Notes: generated from the letters alone by a model not told the origin. Counted from the first letter of the stretch, positions 9,994 through 19,603 are shown. The stretch: DNA of 64,000 nucleotides from Terrimicrobiaceae bacterium (GCA_041752695.1 JBGSVZ010000009.1:64001-128000), one strand, 5' to 3'. Program-made: numbers and translations.

Positions 9994-10049
9994 GATTTCT
10001 TTGCGCATCTTCGCACTTTGTCGGATCACTGTCACTCCTCACTCACCGC

Positions 10050-12377
10050 TTGGAACTCACCGAAAAACTTCTCGTCTCCCTGGCTGGCTGGCCCGTCCTG
10101 AAAGAAGCCCGCGCCCTGCACGCCGCCCGGCGGGTCAGCGAGGCTTCCTACGAGCCTCCTGTCCTGCGCGGCAAGATCTCCGAAGGCGGCAAACAGTTCG
10201 GCGCCGGCCTGAAGCTGCGCAACTCCATCGACATCGAAAATCTCTGCCCCTGCCGCGATTCGCGGGTGCGCGGCATCATTTGTGTCCACTCCGTTGCCGT
10301 CGGGCTGCAAGTCCTGAATCCCCTGGTGGGTGCCGCTCCCTCCACACCGCAGACCGCCACCCCGACCCCGCGCGGCCCCACCACCAACGAAACCCCCGTT
10401 GTCGAACTCACCCTGGAAGGCTCCCTCCGCCACCTGGAGGCGCAGATCGCCTTCCGCTACACCACCCCCGGAACTTCGAATCCCGCCAAGGAAGCCGAGG
10501 CGCTATCGAAGCTTATCGGCCTGGGATTTGCCGACTATAAAGGCAAGGCTGCCCTCCAAAGCGAGGAGTCCGTCGTACGGTTTTTTGCCGGGGCACTTCC
10601 GGAGCTGAAAAAAATCTGGCAGGTCCGCGAGGGCGAACGGTTCCAACACGTCACCAACGACCTTGTCCGCATCGAACCGCATTTTGCCCTCCGGGAAAAA
10701 GACGATGGCTGGCTGGATTTTCACGTCCATTACACCGCGGGCAAGGAAGCCGTTTTTTCCCCCGCCGACATCGCCGCCCTCCTGCGCTCCGGCGGCAGCA
10801 CGAAACTCAAAGACGGCCGCACCGCCATCGCCGACCCCGCCCTGGCCGCCGACCTCGAAGAAGTCCTGCGCGACTGCAACCCCCGCCAGGAACGTGGCGC
10901 CTACCGCGTTGCCCCGGCCCAGCGCGACTACCTCGAAGCGAGCCTCGCCGCCTGGCAAGGTAGGGAGGATTGTCCCCAATCCTCCGTCGACGGAGGGGCA
11001 GGGACAACCCTCCCTACCCAGATCCCCCTCCGCCCCTATCAGATCGAAGGCACCCGCTGGCTCCTCGCCAAGGCCCTCACCGGCTCCGGCGGCCTGCTCG
11101 CCGACGAAATGGGTCTCGGCAAGACCGTCCAGACCCTCGCCCTCGTCGAAGCGCTCACCGGTCCTGTCCTCGTTGTCTGCCCGTCCTCCCTGGTCTGGAA
11201 CTGGAAACGCGAAGCCGCCCACTTTCTCCCCACCCTGCCCGTCCTCACCCTCGACGGACCGAACCGCGAGAAGTCCTTCCCTGCCATTCCTGCCCACCGC
11301 CTCATCGTCACCAGCTACGCCCTCCTCCGCCGCGACATCGAAAAATACAAAGGCCTCAACTTTTCCGCCGTCATCCTCGACGAGGCCCAGCACATCAAAA
11401 ACCCCGACAGCCAGAACGCCAAAGCGGCCTGCCTGCTTTCCGCCCGCAGCCGCTTCATCCTCACCGGCACCCCCATCGAAAACAGCCTTCGCGATCTCTG
11501 GTCGCTCTACGAATTTCTCCTCCCCGGCTACCTCGGCCCGCGCCAGGATTTCAAGGACCGCTACGAAACGCCGCTCATCAACGGCGAACGCGGGTCCACT
11601 TGGGAACGCCTCCAGCGCCGCATCCGCCCGCACCTCCTCCGCCGTCTCAAAAAGAACATCCTCACGGAGCTTCCCGACAAAATCGAACAGGTCATCGAGG
11701 TCGAACTTAGCGAAAAACAAAAGGCCGCCTACACCCAGCTCCAGCAGACCGCCCGCGCGGAGATCGACCAACTCAAGGACCAGGGCGGCGCGGCCAGAAT
11801 GCGTGTCCTCACCGCCCTCCTCCGCCTGCGCCAGGCCTGCTGCGACCTCCGCCTCCTCGGCGCGCCGGAAGGTTCCTCAGCCAAACTCGACGCCCTGCTG
11901 GAACTCCTCGGCGAAGCCATCGACGGCGGCCACCGCGTGCTGGTTTTCAGTCAGTTCACTTCGATGCTCGACCTCATTGCCTCCTCCCTCGACGAACAGG
12001 CCATCGTCCACTGCCGCCTCGACGGCTCCACCCGCAACCGCGAGGAGGTCGTCCAGCGTTTCCAGACCGGGACCGTGCCGGTTTTTCTCATCAGCCTGAA
12101 AGCCGGCGGCGTCGGACTCAACCTCACCGCCGCGGACACCGTAATCCATTTCGACCCTTGGTGGAACCCCGCCGTGGAAGCCCAGGCCACCGACCGCGCC
12201 CACCGCATCGGCCAGAAAAGCGTCGTCACCTCCATCAAACTCATCGCCCGCGACACCGTCGAAGAACGCGTCCTCCGCATGCAGGAAAAAAAGCGCGCAC
12301 TCATCACCGGCGCCCTCGATACGGAGGCCTCCCTCAGCGCCCTGTCGGCCGACGACCTGAGGGATCTGGTCGGGTAA
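10050..12377 (+). CDS. SWIM zinc-finger SNF2/SWI2 helicase
   Basis: CPC...CVH SWIM motif; LADEMGLGKT, DEAQ, TGTPIEN, FSQF, SLKAGGVGLNL, WWNPAVEAQATDRAHRIGQ; TTG start. Confidence 0.92.
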   Translation: MELTEKLLVSLAGWPVLKEARALHAARRVSEASYEPPVLRGKISEGGKQFGAGLKLRNSIDIENLCPCRDSRVRGIICVHSVAVGLQVLNPLVGAAPSTPQTATPTPRGPTTNETPVVELTLEGSLRHLEAQIAFRYTTPGTSNPAKEAEALSKLIGLGFADYKGKAALQSEESVVRFFAGALPELKKIWQVREGERFQHVTNDLVRIEPHFALREKDDGWLDFHVHYTAGKEAVFSPADIAALLRSGGSTKLKDGRTAIADPALAADLEEVLRDCNPRQERGAYRVAPAQRDYLEASLAAWQGREDCPQSSVDGGAGTTLPTQIPLRPYQIEGTRWLLAKALTGSGGLLADEMGLGKTVQTLALVEALTGPVLVVCPSSLVWNWKREAAHFLPTLPVLTLDGPNREKSFPAIPAHRLIVTSYALLRRDIEKYKGLNFSAVILDEAQHIKNPDSQNAKAACLLSARSRFILTGTPIENSLRDLWSLYEFLLPGYLGPRQDFKDRYETPLINGERGSTWERLQRRIRPHLLRRLKKNILTELPDKIEQVIEVELSEKQKAAYTQLQQTARAEIDQLKDQGGAARMRVLTALLRLRQACCDLRLLGAPEGSSAKLDALLELLGEAIDGGHRVLVFSQFTSMLDLIASSLDEQAIVHCRLDGSTRNREEVVQRFQTGTVPVFLISLKAGGVGLNLTAADTVIHFDPWWNPAVEAQATDRAHRIGQKSVVTSIKLIARDTVEERVLRMQEKKRALITGALDTEASLSALSADDLRDLVG
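10959..11018. repeat. GTAG-tagged REP-like palindrome inserted in-frame in the SNF2 gene
   Basis: 60-bp near-palindrome GGTAGGGAGG...GTC|GAC...CCTCCCTACC; 25/30 positions pair; exactly 20 codons. Confidence 0.8.
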
Positions 12378-12435
12378 GAATGGAGGGGCACCCGCTGGCG
12401 TGTCCCAATTTAGGTTAGCTTGGCTTTACCCCGGA

Positions 12436-13029
12436 CTAAAACGTCGTGACCGGTGTGGTGTTCACCTGCGTCTCGTTCACCAATTTTCCCTTGTCATACA
12501 TCCGCTGCGTGGCGCTGAGGAAAAACTTGAACGAATCGAAGAAGCTAAACAATTCCGAGCGCACCTTCACTTCGATCTTGTCCCCTTTCACTTTCAGGCC
12601 GCTGACATCAATCTCGCGCATCCGTCCCTTGTATTCGACTGAATTGCTGGAAACCACGAACTTATTATCGCCCTGATTCTGAAAGATAAAAAATCCCACG
12701 TCCTGCCCGAAGTTCGGAGCCGTGGCGGACACCCCGCCCGTGGCAGCATCCTGATCGATATCAAAGCCAAAATAATACGAAACCGACTCCTTCGGATTAG
12801 CGGGCAGCTTCCCCTGCAACGTGATTTCGAAACTCAGCCTCTGTTTTCCCTCGCGGGTCACTTTCACATCTTTGAAATGCATGTAATCCGGCCGTTGCTC
12901 AGAAAAGCCTTCTTTGGGAGCTTTTCCTTGCACGACGAGCGATTGTTTGGCCTCCTCCGCCAACCCGGAGGCCGGCATCAGCAAGAGCGTTCCGAGGCAG
13001 ACAGCGTTGAAGAGTGACCCGATATTCAT
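12436..13029 (-). CDS. hypothetical exported protein
   Basis: Signal-peptide-like N-terminus from ATG 13029; beta-rich body with DIDQDAATG motif; visibly more AT-rich than neighbours. Confidence 0.6.
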   Translation of the reverse strand: MNIGSLFNAVCLGTLLLMPASGLAEEAKQSLVVQGKAPKEGFSEQRPDYMHFKDVKVTREGKQRLSFEITLQGKLPANPKESVSYYFGFDIDQDAATGGVSATAPNFGQDVGFFIFQNQGDNKFVVSSNSVEYKGRMREIDVSGLKVKGDKIEVKVRSELFSFFDSFKFFLSATQRMYDKGKLVNETQVNTTPVTTF

Positions 13030-13277
13030 GGCGCGGAGACTCTGGCAAGAATCCCGGAAACACAAATCCTTTTGCAACCGCCGCCCTGTGCTGATCCGGT
13101 TGAAAATCTGCAACTCTTTGAGCCGGAATCTCTCACCCACTTTTTCCCGCCTTCATTTTTTCCGATCCATTCCGCCTGACTCCGCAACGCACGCCACATC
13201 CGGGGCAACTGGGAAAAGCACGAAGGAACCGGTTTGTTCAATCTAGACCAAAAATCACCACGGCAGGGGATTCCGGC

Positions 13278-13335
13278 GTTGGAGTCCAGCCTTTAGGCTG
13301 CTCTGAAAGGCGCACGCTAAAGCGTGAACTCCAAC
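13278..13335. repeat. GTTGGAG-family REP doublet (copy A)
   Basis: GTTGGAGTC-CAGCCT-TT-AGGCTG ... CACGCT-AA-AGCGTG-AACTCCAAC. Confidence 0.9.
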
Positions 13336-13471
13336 GCTTCGCCAAGGTTCAGTAACTTTTCCTTTATACGCCCCAAAAACGAAGACGCAAAGCGGCTCCC
13401 TCCCGCCTCAAAGGCCCCCTGAGGTGAGGGGGAGCGAGGTCCGGCTCTACGGCTTCGCCCGAACGGCAGAC

Positions 13472-13954
13472 CTAATCTTCCCTTTTGTCCAAGAGAGGCT
13501 GATCCTTCCTGGGATCGGAGCCGAGCCAGAGAATATTTCCGTCAATGTCCTCAAACTTCATCTCATAGGCCCAGGTGTAATTCCGCGGCTCCTGAAAGAC
13601 TTTGACCCCTTTGGAGCGGTAGAGCTCGAAGAGCGCCACATCCGCGCCCATCCAAACCCAGGCCGGGGACCCGATTTTGTCCGTCTGCGAGAGCATGATG
13701 GGACGATTATCGCGGGACACCGAGCAAATCGTGTCCCCCTTGGCACCGCCCCAATCGAGCTTGAAACCAAGGGTCTCCCTATAAAACGTAATGCTGCGCT
13801 GAAGATCGCGCACGGGCAAGACGGGAATGGTGTTTCCAATTTTGGGTGCCGGAGTCATGGTGTCTTTCTGGGAGTTGGGAGGATTGTCCGCAAGCCCAGT
13901 TGAAGAAAAAAGCCCCAAAATGCCGAGGGCCATTCGCAGGATGAGAGGCTTCAT
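13472..13954 (-). CDS. VOC (glyoxalase/bleomycin-resistance) family protein
   Basis: PVLPVRDLQRSITFYRETLGF and WAYEMKFEDIDGNIL motifs; start uncertain (13954 or 13858). Confidence 0.8.
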   Translation of the reverse strand: MKPLILRMALGILGLFSSTGLADNPPNSQKDTMTPAPKIGNTIPVLPVRDLQRSITFYRETLGFKLDWGGAKGDTICSVSRDNRPIMLSQTDKIGSPAWVWMGADVALFELYRSKGVKVFQEPRNYTWAYEMKFEDIDGNILWLGSDPRKDQPLLDKRED

Positions 13955-14325
13955 ATTTTTAAAAGTGATCACGAGAGTCCGGGCATCGAGCCCTTTCCTA
14001 TTTTATTCGTGGCGCTCTCGGCATCCTCAGACTTTCCCATTTTCCTTCGTCCTTCAAAACCTTTTCGCACACATGCACGGACTACTTCAATTTTATGGTT
14101 CGGGAACGCAGATGTCAGCAATCCTACGAACCACTTCCTTCACTGCGTCATAATAGTCTTTGACTCGAATGTAGGTATCCGAGTCTATCCACCCATTTTT
14201 GGGTGATAACCGAAAAAAGTCCGGAACGCGGCGAAGGTTTGACTTCCTCATTTGACCGGAAAGTTGGGGGTAAACGTGGGGAAAGTCGAGCCCGACGGAC
14301 GGGCGGCTCTTCCTCGGCGAGGCTC

Positions 14326-14378
14326 GGGAGTTTCCAGCCTAACGGCCTTTCCGAGCAGCCTAAAGGCTGAACTCCAAC
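14326..14378. repeat. GTTGGAG-family REP doublet (copy B, left arm decayed)
   Basis: Intact right arm CAGCCT-AA-AGGCTG-AACTCCAAC (14356-14378); degenerate left arm GGGAGTTTCCAGCCTAACGGC. Confidence 0.75.
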
Positions 14379-14384
14379 GGTCGA

Positions 14385-14530
14385 CCTCCGCTCCTTGACC
14401 AACTGCGCTTCGTCCCAGCGTTTGACTTCGGCGGCGGCGAGGCGGGTTTCGACGCCGAGATTTTCGAGGATGGGGCGACGTGGTTGTCCACGGTGCGAAA
14501 GTGGCAGGCGAGGATGATGAGCAACGAGGA
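14385..14530 (-). pseudogene. LuxR-type HTH remnant with frameshift
   Basis: Minus strand reads IILACHFRTVDNHVA, then a 1-nt frame slip, then ILENLGVETRLAAA, the C-terminal LuxR helix pattern. No intact N-terminus; boundaries approximate. Confidence 0.6.
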
Positions 14531-14615
14531 ACCTGGACCTGCGAGATGGACGGAGCCCCTGGGCTCCGATCAGCAACTACTGTCACTCCCCACGAAGGCT
14601 CCCCGCAACGAACGA

Positions 14616-14870
14616 TCAGCCCGCGTTGGACGGGGAAAGACGGTCGTGTTCTTCGGGTTCGACATCCGGAACCTTGGCAAGCACGCGGTCAAATTTTTCG
14701 CGACTGCCGCGCGCGGCGCGTTCCCGAATATAGCCTTCCGCATCCAAAACCGCGACCTTCTCGGCCAGCGCCGATGCAATGAATTGGTCGAGCGGAACGC
14801 CGTCATCCTGCGCGAGAGACTGCGCCCGGCGATGGAGCGATTCAGGAATGTTCACGTTCAGCGTGCTCAT
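14616..14870 (-). CDS. ribbon-helix-helix antitoxin
   Basis: MSTLNVNIPESLHRRA...GVPLDQFIASALAEK; ATGA overlap with the upstream PIN gene. Confidence 0.8.
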   Translation of the reverse strand: MSTLNVNIPESLHRRAQSLAQDDGVPLDQFIASALAEKVAVLDAEGYIRERAARGSREKFDRVLAKVPDVEPEEHDRLSPSNAG

Positions 14871-15283
14871 GATGTTGAGAGAATACCCAAAAACTCGTCC
14901 GGTGTCACCGCCCGAATTCCGAGAGCCTCCGCGCGCCGAAAGTGGCGAATGTTTTGGGTGATGATAAAGGCCGCACCGCCCGCCAACGCCAGTTCAAGCA
15001 CGGAATCATCTTTCGGGTCGGGTAAATAAGGTCGCCAGAGAAAGTGAATGCGGCACTCGATGCACTGCGACAGGAGATAGTCGAGGAAGTCACCAATGTC
15101 GTTCGAGGAATAGTTCAAAAGCAATCCAGGGCGGCACAAGACATCCTCGTACTCCAGGCAGAGCGGCGGGGAAATGACGGGCTGAAAGTGCGGAGAACCA
15201 AGACTCTGAACGAGACGAAAGGAGGCCCCTCGCCGAGGTCGCAGCGAGTAGAGCAGGACGTTGGTATCTATCACAACTCGCAT
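14867..15283 (-). CDS. putative PIN-domain toxin
   Basis: MRVVIDTNV, LEYEDVL, PDPKDDSVLELA, IITQNIRHF. Confidence 0.85.
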   Translation of the reverse strand: MRVVIDTNVLLYSLRPRRGASFRLVQSLGSPHFQPVISPPLCLEYEDVLCRPGLLLNYSSNDIGDFLDYLLSQCIECRIHFLWRPYLPDPKDDSVLELALAGGAAFIITQNIRHFRRAEALGIRAVTPDEFLGILSTS

Positions 15284-15371
15284 GGTCGGCAAATGGTTGG
15301 CTTTCCTATGTTGGACCGCCGGAAAGGCGGGTACGGAGTAGGGTCAGACTGATTTCCGGCCGGGGCGGAAC

Positions 15372-16565
15372 TTACAAATCTTCGGGTTTATTAAACAACT
15401 CCGCAATGCGACGGAGCAAACGCCCGGCGGCGCCGCCGTCGAGGACGCGGTGGTCGAAACTTAGGGTCAGCGAGGCTTCGGTAATGGGGACAAAGGCTTT
15501 CTCCGTCGCGTCCCAGTGGGGCACGATCTGGCCCGCGCCCATGCCAAGGAGGAGGGTTTGTTCGGGCAGCGGAATGGGAGTGGCCATGGTGAGGCCGAAG
15601 ACGCCGTAATTCGTGATCGTCGCGATGGAGCCGCCGGTGTCGCCCGGCGAAAGGCGGCGGCGGCGGGCGAGTTCGACGAGGCGGTCGTACCGTTCGATGA
15701 GATCGGCGAGGACAAATTGGTCGGCGTTGCGAATGACGGGGACCAAAACTCCGTCGTCAGCTTCGACGGCAAAGCCGATATCGATGGAGCGCGGGTGAAT
15801 GATGCGGTCGCCGATGAGGCGGCCGGCGGGGGCGCTGTTTTCCGAAAGGGCCATGGCGAGGGCGCGCAGACCGTAAAGGGCGGGGCCGGCTTTGTGCGGG
15901 GCCTGAGCGCGGCGGTGGGCCAGCATAGCGTCGAGGCGCACGGGAAGAACGACGGTGGCGAGCGGACGGGTCGCGCTGCGGCGCATGGCGTCAGCCACGG
16001 CCACACGCATGGTGGAGGCCGGAGTGATGCGATTGCGTTCGAGGTCTTCGAGAAATTTTTCGAGGTCCTCGATGGTAACCCTTCCGGCGGCTCCGCTGCC
16101 GGCGATGCCGGCGAGATCGGCGGCGTGGAGGCCGAGTTCGCTCATGCGCGCTTTCATACGCGGGGAAAGGTAACTCGCGCCGGCGGCGTGGGCGGGCACA
16201 GGGAGGCCTTTGACGGTGGGCTCGACCTGCTGCGGCGCGGCGGGGGCGGCGTGGCGTTTGGGTTCCTTTTTGCGGGGTTTTTCGACGGGAGTTTCGTCGA
16301 GACCGAGGCTGCGGGCGTCCTCATCGCTCACTTCAATGTAGCCGAGCACCGCGCCGACGGGGTAGCTCTCGCCTTCCTTGGCGAGGATCTCACAAAGTTT
16401 GCCCGCGCAGGGAGAGGTGACGCCCATCACGGCTTTGTTGGTCTCGACTTCGAGGAGGTCCTTGTCGGCCTCAATGGTATCTCCTTCCGCAAAAAGGAAC
16501 TTCACAATTGTCGCCTCGGCGATGGATTCGCCGAGCTGGGGCATCGAAATGGGGACCTGGGCCAT
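15372..16565 (-). CDS. 2-oxoacid dehydrogenase E2 (dihydrolipoamide acyltransferase)
   Basis: MPQLGES lipoyl domain (ETNKA), E3-binding GSGAAGRVT, catalytic DHRVLDG. Confidence 0.9.
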   Translation of the reverse strand: MAQVPISMPQLGESIAEATIVKFLFAEGDTIEADKDLLEVETNKAVMGVTSPCAGKLCEILAKEGESYPVGAVLGYIEVSDEDARSLGLDETPVEKPRKKEPKRHAAPAAPQQVEPTVKGLPVPAHAAGASYLSPRMKARMSELGLHAADLAGIAGSGAAGRVTIEDLEKFLEDLERNRITPASTMRVAVADAMRRSATRPLATVVLPVRLDAMLAHRRAQAPHKAGPALYGLRALAMALSENSAPAGRLIGDRIIHPRSIDIGFAVEADDGVLVPVIRNADQFVLADLIERYDRLVELARRRRLSPGDTGGSIATITNYGVFGLTMATPIPLPEQTLLLGMGAGQIVPHWDATEKAFVPITEASLTLSFDHRVLDGGAAGRLLRRIAELFNKPEDL

Positions 16566-16597
16566 GGGAAGTAAAAGTGAAGGTGAACGTGGAGCGG

Positions 16598-17560
16598 TTA
16601 GGCTTGGAGGAGGCTGCGCGTGGCGGTGACGATGGCGCTGGCGGTCGGCCGGTGGGCCGACCAGAGATCGGGGTGATAAGGCACGGGAGTGTCCTTGGCA
16701 TTGAGGCGCTGCGGCGGGGCGTCGAGCAAAGCAAATCCCTCCGCGCAAACCCGCGCAACCACTTCGGCGGCAACCCCACCCCACGGCCAGGCTTCGCTCA
16801 CGCAGAGCAGGCGGCCGGTGCGGGCCACGGAGGCCAGGATGGTGTCGGTGTCGAGGGGTTTCACCGTGCGCAGGTCGATGACTTCGATTTCGTAACCGTC
16901 CTCCACCAGCTCTTTGGCGGCGAGGAGGGACTCGTGGACCATCGCGCCATAACTCACAATGGTGGCGTCACGGCCATGGCGGGCCACGCGGGCCTTGCCG
17001 GCCGGGAGGGACTCGGTGGGGAGTTTTTCCGCCTTGAGGTGGTTGTAAAGGAGCTTGTGCTCGCAGAAGAGCACAGGGTCGTCGATGGCGACGGCCTCAA
17101 TCAGCATGCTGTAGGCGTCTTCCACGGTGGCGGGGGTCATGACGATGAGCCCGGGATAGGTGGCGTAGAGGGCCTCCATACTCTGGCTGTGAAACGGACC
17201 CGCGCCGGCTGTGCCGCCGGAGGGCAGGCGCACGACGATGGGACACGGAACCTCTGTGCGGTAAAAGAGCGTGGCGGCCTGGTTGACGATCTGGTTGAGC
17301 CCGCAGGTGGAAAAATCGGCAAACTGCATCTCGACAATGGGCCGCATGCCTTCAATGGCGGCGCCGATGGCCACACCGACAATCGCGTCCTCGCTGATGG
17401 GTGCGTCAAGGACGCGGTCGGGATAAGCGGCGGCAAGGCCCTCGGTGACCTTAAAAGCGCCCCCGAAGGAGCCGACGTCCTGCCCGTAAATAAAAACCCG
17501 GGGGTCATCGGCCAGGAGTTTGGCCATGGCGGCCGTGAGAGCTTCCTTGTAGGTGATCAT
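16598..17560 (-). CDS. 2-oxoacid dehydrogenase E1 beta subunit
   Basis: GQDVG..GGAFKVT, DAPISE, EMQFADF, GPFHSQS, DLRTVKPLD. Confidence 0.92.
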   Translation of the reverse strand: MITYKEALTAAMAKLLADDPRVFIYGQDVGSFGGAFKVTEGLAAAYPDRVLDAPISEDAIVGVAIGAAIEGMRPIVEMQFADFSTCGLNQIVNQAATLFYRTEVPCPIVVRLPSGGTAGAGPFHSQSMEALYATYPGLIVMTPATVEDAYSMLIEAVAIDDPVLFCEHKLLYNHLKAEKLPTESLPAGKARVARHGRDATIVSYGAMVHESLLAAKELVEDGYEIEVIDLRTVKPLDTDTILASVARTGRLLCVSEAWPWGGVAAEVVARVCAEGFALLDAPPQRLNAKDTPVPYHPDLWSAHRPTASAIVTATRSLLQA

Positions 17561-18573
17561 GCGTCGGCAAAATTATCCTGGAGCCTCGTCTCGGAAATGG
17601 CGCACCATTCTTCCTCGTTAGGGTCGGGGGTGGGTTCGCGCCGCACTTTCATGGCGGTTTCGTCCACCTCTTCCTTCGCCTCCGTTCGCCAGGCGGCGAT
17701 CTCATCGGCAGTCGCCCAGGTTTCTTCGAGGATAAATTCCTCGGCCACCTGGAGGCAGTCGCGTCCGACCGGGGCGGCCTTGAGTTTTTCGTCCATGTAT
17801 TTGCCCGGGTCGTGTTCGGCATGGCCGACGAGACGCAGGAGGTCCCCGATAATCATCTGCGGGCCGCCGCCTTCGCGCGCGGCTTTGATCGCGCCGCCCA
17901 CGACGGACAGGCACGCGCCAAGATCGGTTCCATCCACGCGGTGACCGGCGACGCCGTAGCCGGCCGCCTTGTCGAGCAGGTCGGCGCAGGCAAACTGGCG
18001 CGTGTTCGGCGTGGAGTAGGCGTATTGGTTGTTGGCGATGACCAGGACGAGGGGAAGTTTTTCCACCGCGGCGACATTGAGGCCCTCGTGAAATGCCCCG
18101 GTTGAAGTGCCCCCGTCGCCGATGCAGGTGGCTCCGACCACGCCGGTTTCGCCCCGCATGCGGCGGGCCATGAGGGCGCCGGCGACGACGGGGATCATAG
18201 CGCCAAGGTGGCTAATCATGGCGTAATACCCCTCGCGCGGACGGCCCCGGTGGATATTGCCGTCGCGGCCGCGCATCGAGCCGAGTTGGGATCCGAGATA
18301 GGTGCGCAGGGTGTCGAGGACGGTGTCGCCAAAGGCCATGCGTCCGGCCTGGTCGCGGATGAGCGGCGCAAAAATATCGCCCTTGTGCAAATGAAAGCCC
18401 ACCGAGGTGCTGAGGGCCTCCTGACCACGGCCCAGGAAGACGCCGCCAGTGATCAGGCCGGCGCGATAGAGGCTGGCGAGTTTTTCCTCAAGAGTCCGGG
18501 CGAGGAGCATCACCCGGAAGGCTTTCAAGTATTCGGTGCGTGTGGGGCCGGAGGACCGGCTGGCGGAAGACAT
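17557..18573 (-). CDS. 2-oxoacid dehydrogenase E1 alpha subunit (TPP-dependent)
   Basis: GQEA, GDGGTSTG...NNQYA TPP motif, GHAEHD loop. Confidence 0.92.
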   Translation of the reverse strand: MSSASRSSGPTRTEYLKAFRVMLLARTLEEKLASLYRAGLITGGVFLGRGQEALSTSVGFHLHKGDIFAPLIRDQAGRMAFGDTVLDTLRTYLGSQLGSMRGRDGNIHRGRPREGYYAMISHLGAMIPVVAGALMARRMRGETGVVGATCIGDGGTSTGAFHEGLNVAAVEKLPLVLVIANNQYAYSTPNTRQFACADLLDKAAGYGVAGHRVDGTDLGACLSVVGGAIKAAREGGGPQMIIGDLLRLVGHAEHDPGKYMDEKLKAAPVGRDCLQVAEEFILEETWATADEIAAWRTEAKEEVDETAMKVRREPTPDPNEEEWCAISETRLQDNFADA

Positions 18574-18627
18574 TGCTCTAGAAATACGGGAGCGCCGCGG
18601 GCGCTGCAATTCTTTCGTGCAAGGAGC

Positions 18628-18984
18628 TCAATGGGTCGGGATGACCTTGAAGAGCATAAACACGATGACGCCCAGCACAATCAGCCAGCCAAAAGTCTTG
18701 AGCTGGGTGATCCAGCGCTCACGACGCGGCGTGCGCAGGGTACGGTTGCGGGGCGCACGGCCGCGTTTGCCTCCGCTGCGACCGACATAGGGCGAGATGG
18801 CAGGACCGGCGTTGGTGGCCTGACGTTTACGCTGCTCGGCTTCCTGTTCGGCCAGCACGGCAGGCAGGCGCTCCAGGCGGACCTTGAGTTCCTGTTGTTT
18901 GCGCAAGAGTTCATTGCGCTGTTGTTCGAGCAGGCGTTCTTCGGCGGAAATGCGACCCGCTTTGGAACCGGACGGTCTGGCCAT
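18628..18984 (-). CDS. hypothetical protein (coiled coil + C-terminal TM)
   Basis: Heptad E/Q/L-rich segment, basic linker and hydrophobic C-terminus; start 1 nt after the upstream stop. Confidence 0.65.
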   Translation of the reverse strand: MARPSGSKAGRISAEERLLEQQRNELLRKQQELKVRLERLPAVLAEQEAEQRKRQATNAGPAISPYVGRSGGKRGRAPRNRTLRTPRRERWITQLKTFGWLIVLGVIVFMLFKVIPTH

Positions 18985-18985
18985 G

Positions 18986-19603
18986 TTATCGAGGCGCCAG
19001 GGAAAGCGCCCAAATCACCAAGCCGATGATCACGAGAATCTGCAGCGGGAGAGTGAAGGCAAACCCGCTTTTCAGCCAATAGACAAATCCATGTTCCTCG
19101 GCGTAGCCATATTCGGAATCGTAGGAAGCGGGCGCGGCGGCGGGTGCGGATTCCGAAGGGGAAGCCACGGAAATCTTCGCCTGGGCCTTGCTGTAGTCGG
19201 CCCGGGCGTCCTCGACCAGGCTGAGGGCCTTGCTGAGTTCCATGGGAAGTTCCGCCGTGCCCCAGAGTTTGGGATTGATGGAATCGACGTGGCGCAAGTG
19301 CTGGACGAACGAATTGTGAATGGCGTTGAGCTGCTCGAGGCGTTTCTGAGCTTCGTCGGTCTCGCGCTCCACCGTGACCATCGAGCGGGTGAGCTTGTCG
19401 AGCATGTCGGCGCGCCCGTTTTCCAACTCATCCTGGCGACGCTTCAGTTCTTCGAGACGAACCTTCTGTTTTTCGATATCCTCAAGCTGCCGCTTGAGCT
19501 TTTCCAACTCCGTGTTGGTCTTCTGGACCTCCTCACCGAGATCCTCGGCATTTTCCTCCAAATCGAGGTAGGGGTCCGGGTCTTTGCGTAAATCCGATGG
19601 CAT
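18986..19603 (-). CDS. hypothetical protein (long coiled coil + C-terminal TM)
   Basis: Extended EL/KL heptads and C-terminal hydrophobic helix FTLPLQILVIIGLVIWAL. Confidence 0.7.
   Translation of the reverse strand: MPSDLRKDPDPYLDLEENAEDLGEEVQKTNTELEKLKRQLEDIEKQKVRLEELKRRQDELENGRADMLDKLTRSMVTVERETDEAQKRLEQLNAIHNSFVQHLRHVDSINPKLWGTAELPMELSKALSLVEDARADYSKAQAKISVASPSESAPAAAPASYDSEYGYAEEHGFVYWLKSGFAFTLPLQILVIIGLVIWALSLAPR

Noticed and set aside
14093..14251. 52-codon minus-strand ORF (MRKSNL...VPEP) in an AT-rich patch
   Set aside because: No recognisable motif or SD; may be a gene remnant but cannot be supported as a CDS.
14148..14576. 142-aa ORF from the track
   Set aside because: Chimera of the LuxR remnant's second frame, REP copy B and non-coding DNA.
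16568..16597. Short period-6 run (GAAGTA AAAGTG AAGGTG AACGTG) and period-8 run at 2581-2612
   Set aside because: Too short and degenerate to distinguish from low-complexity intergenic sequence.
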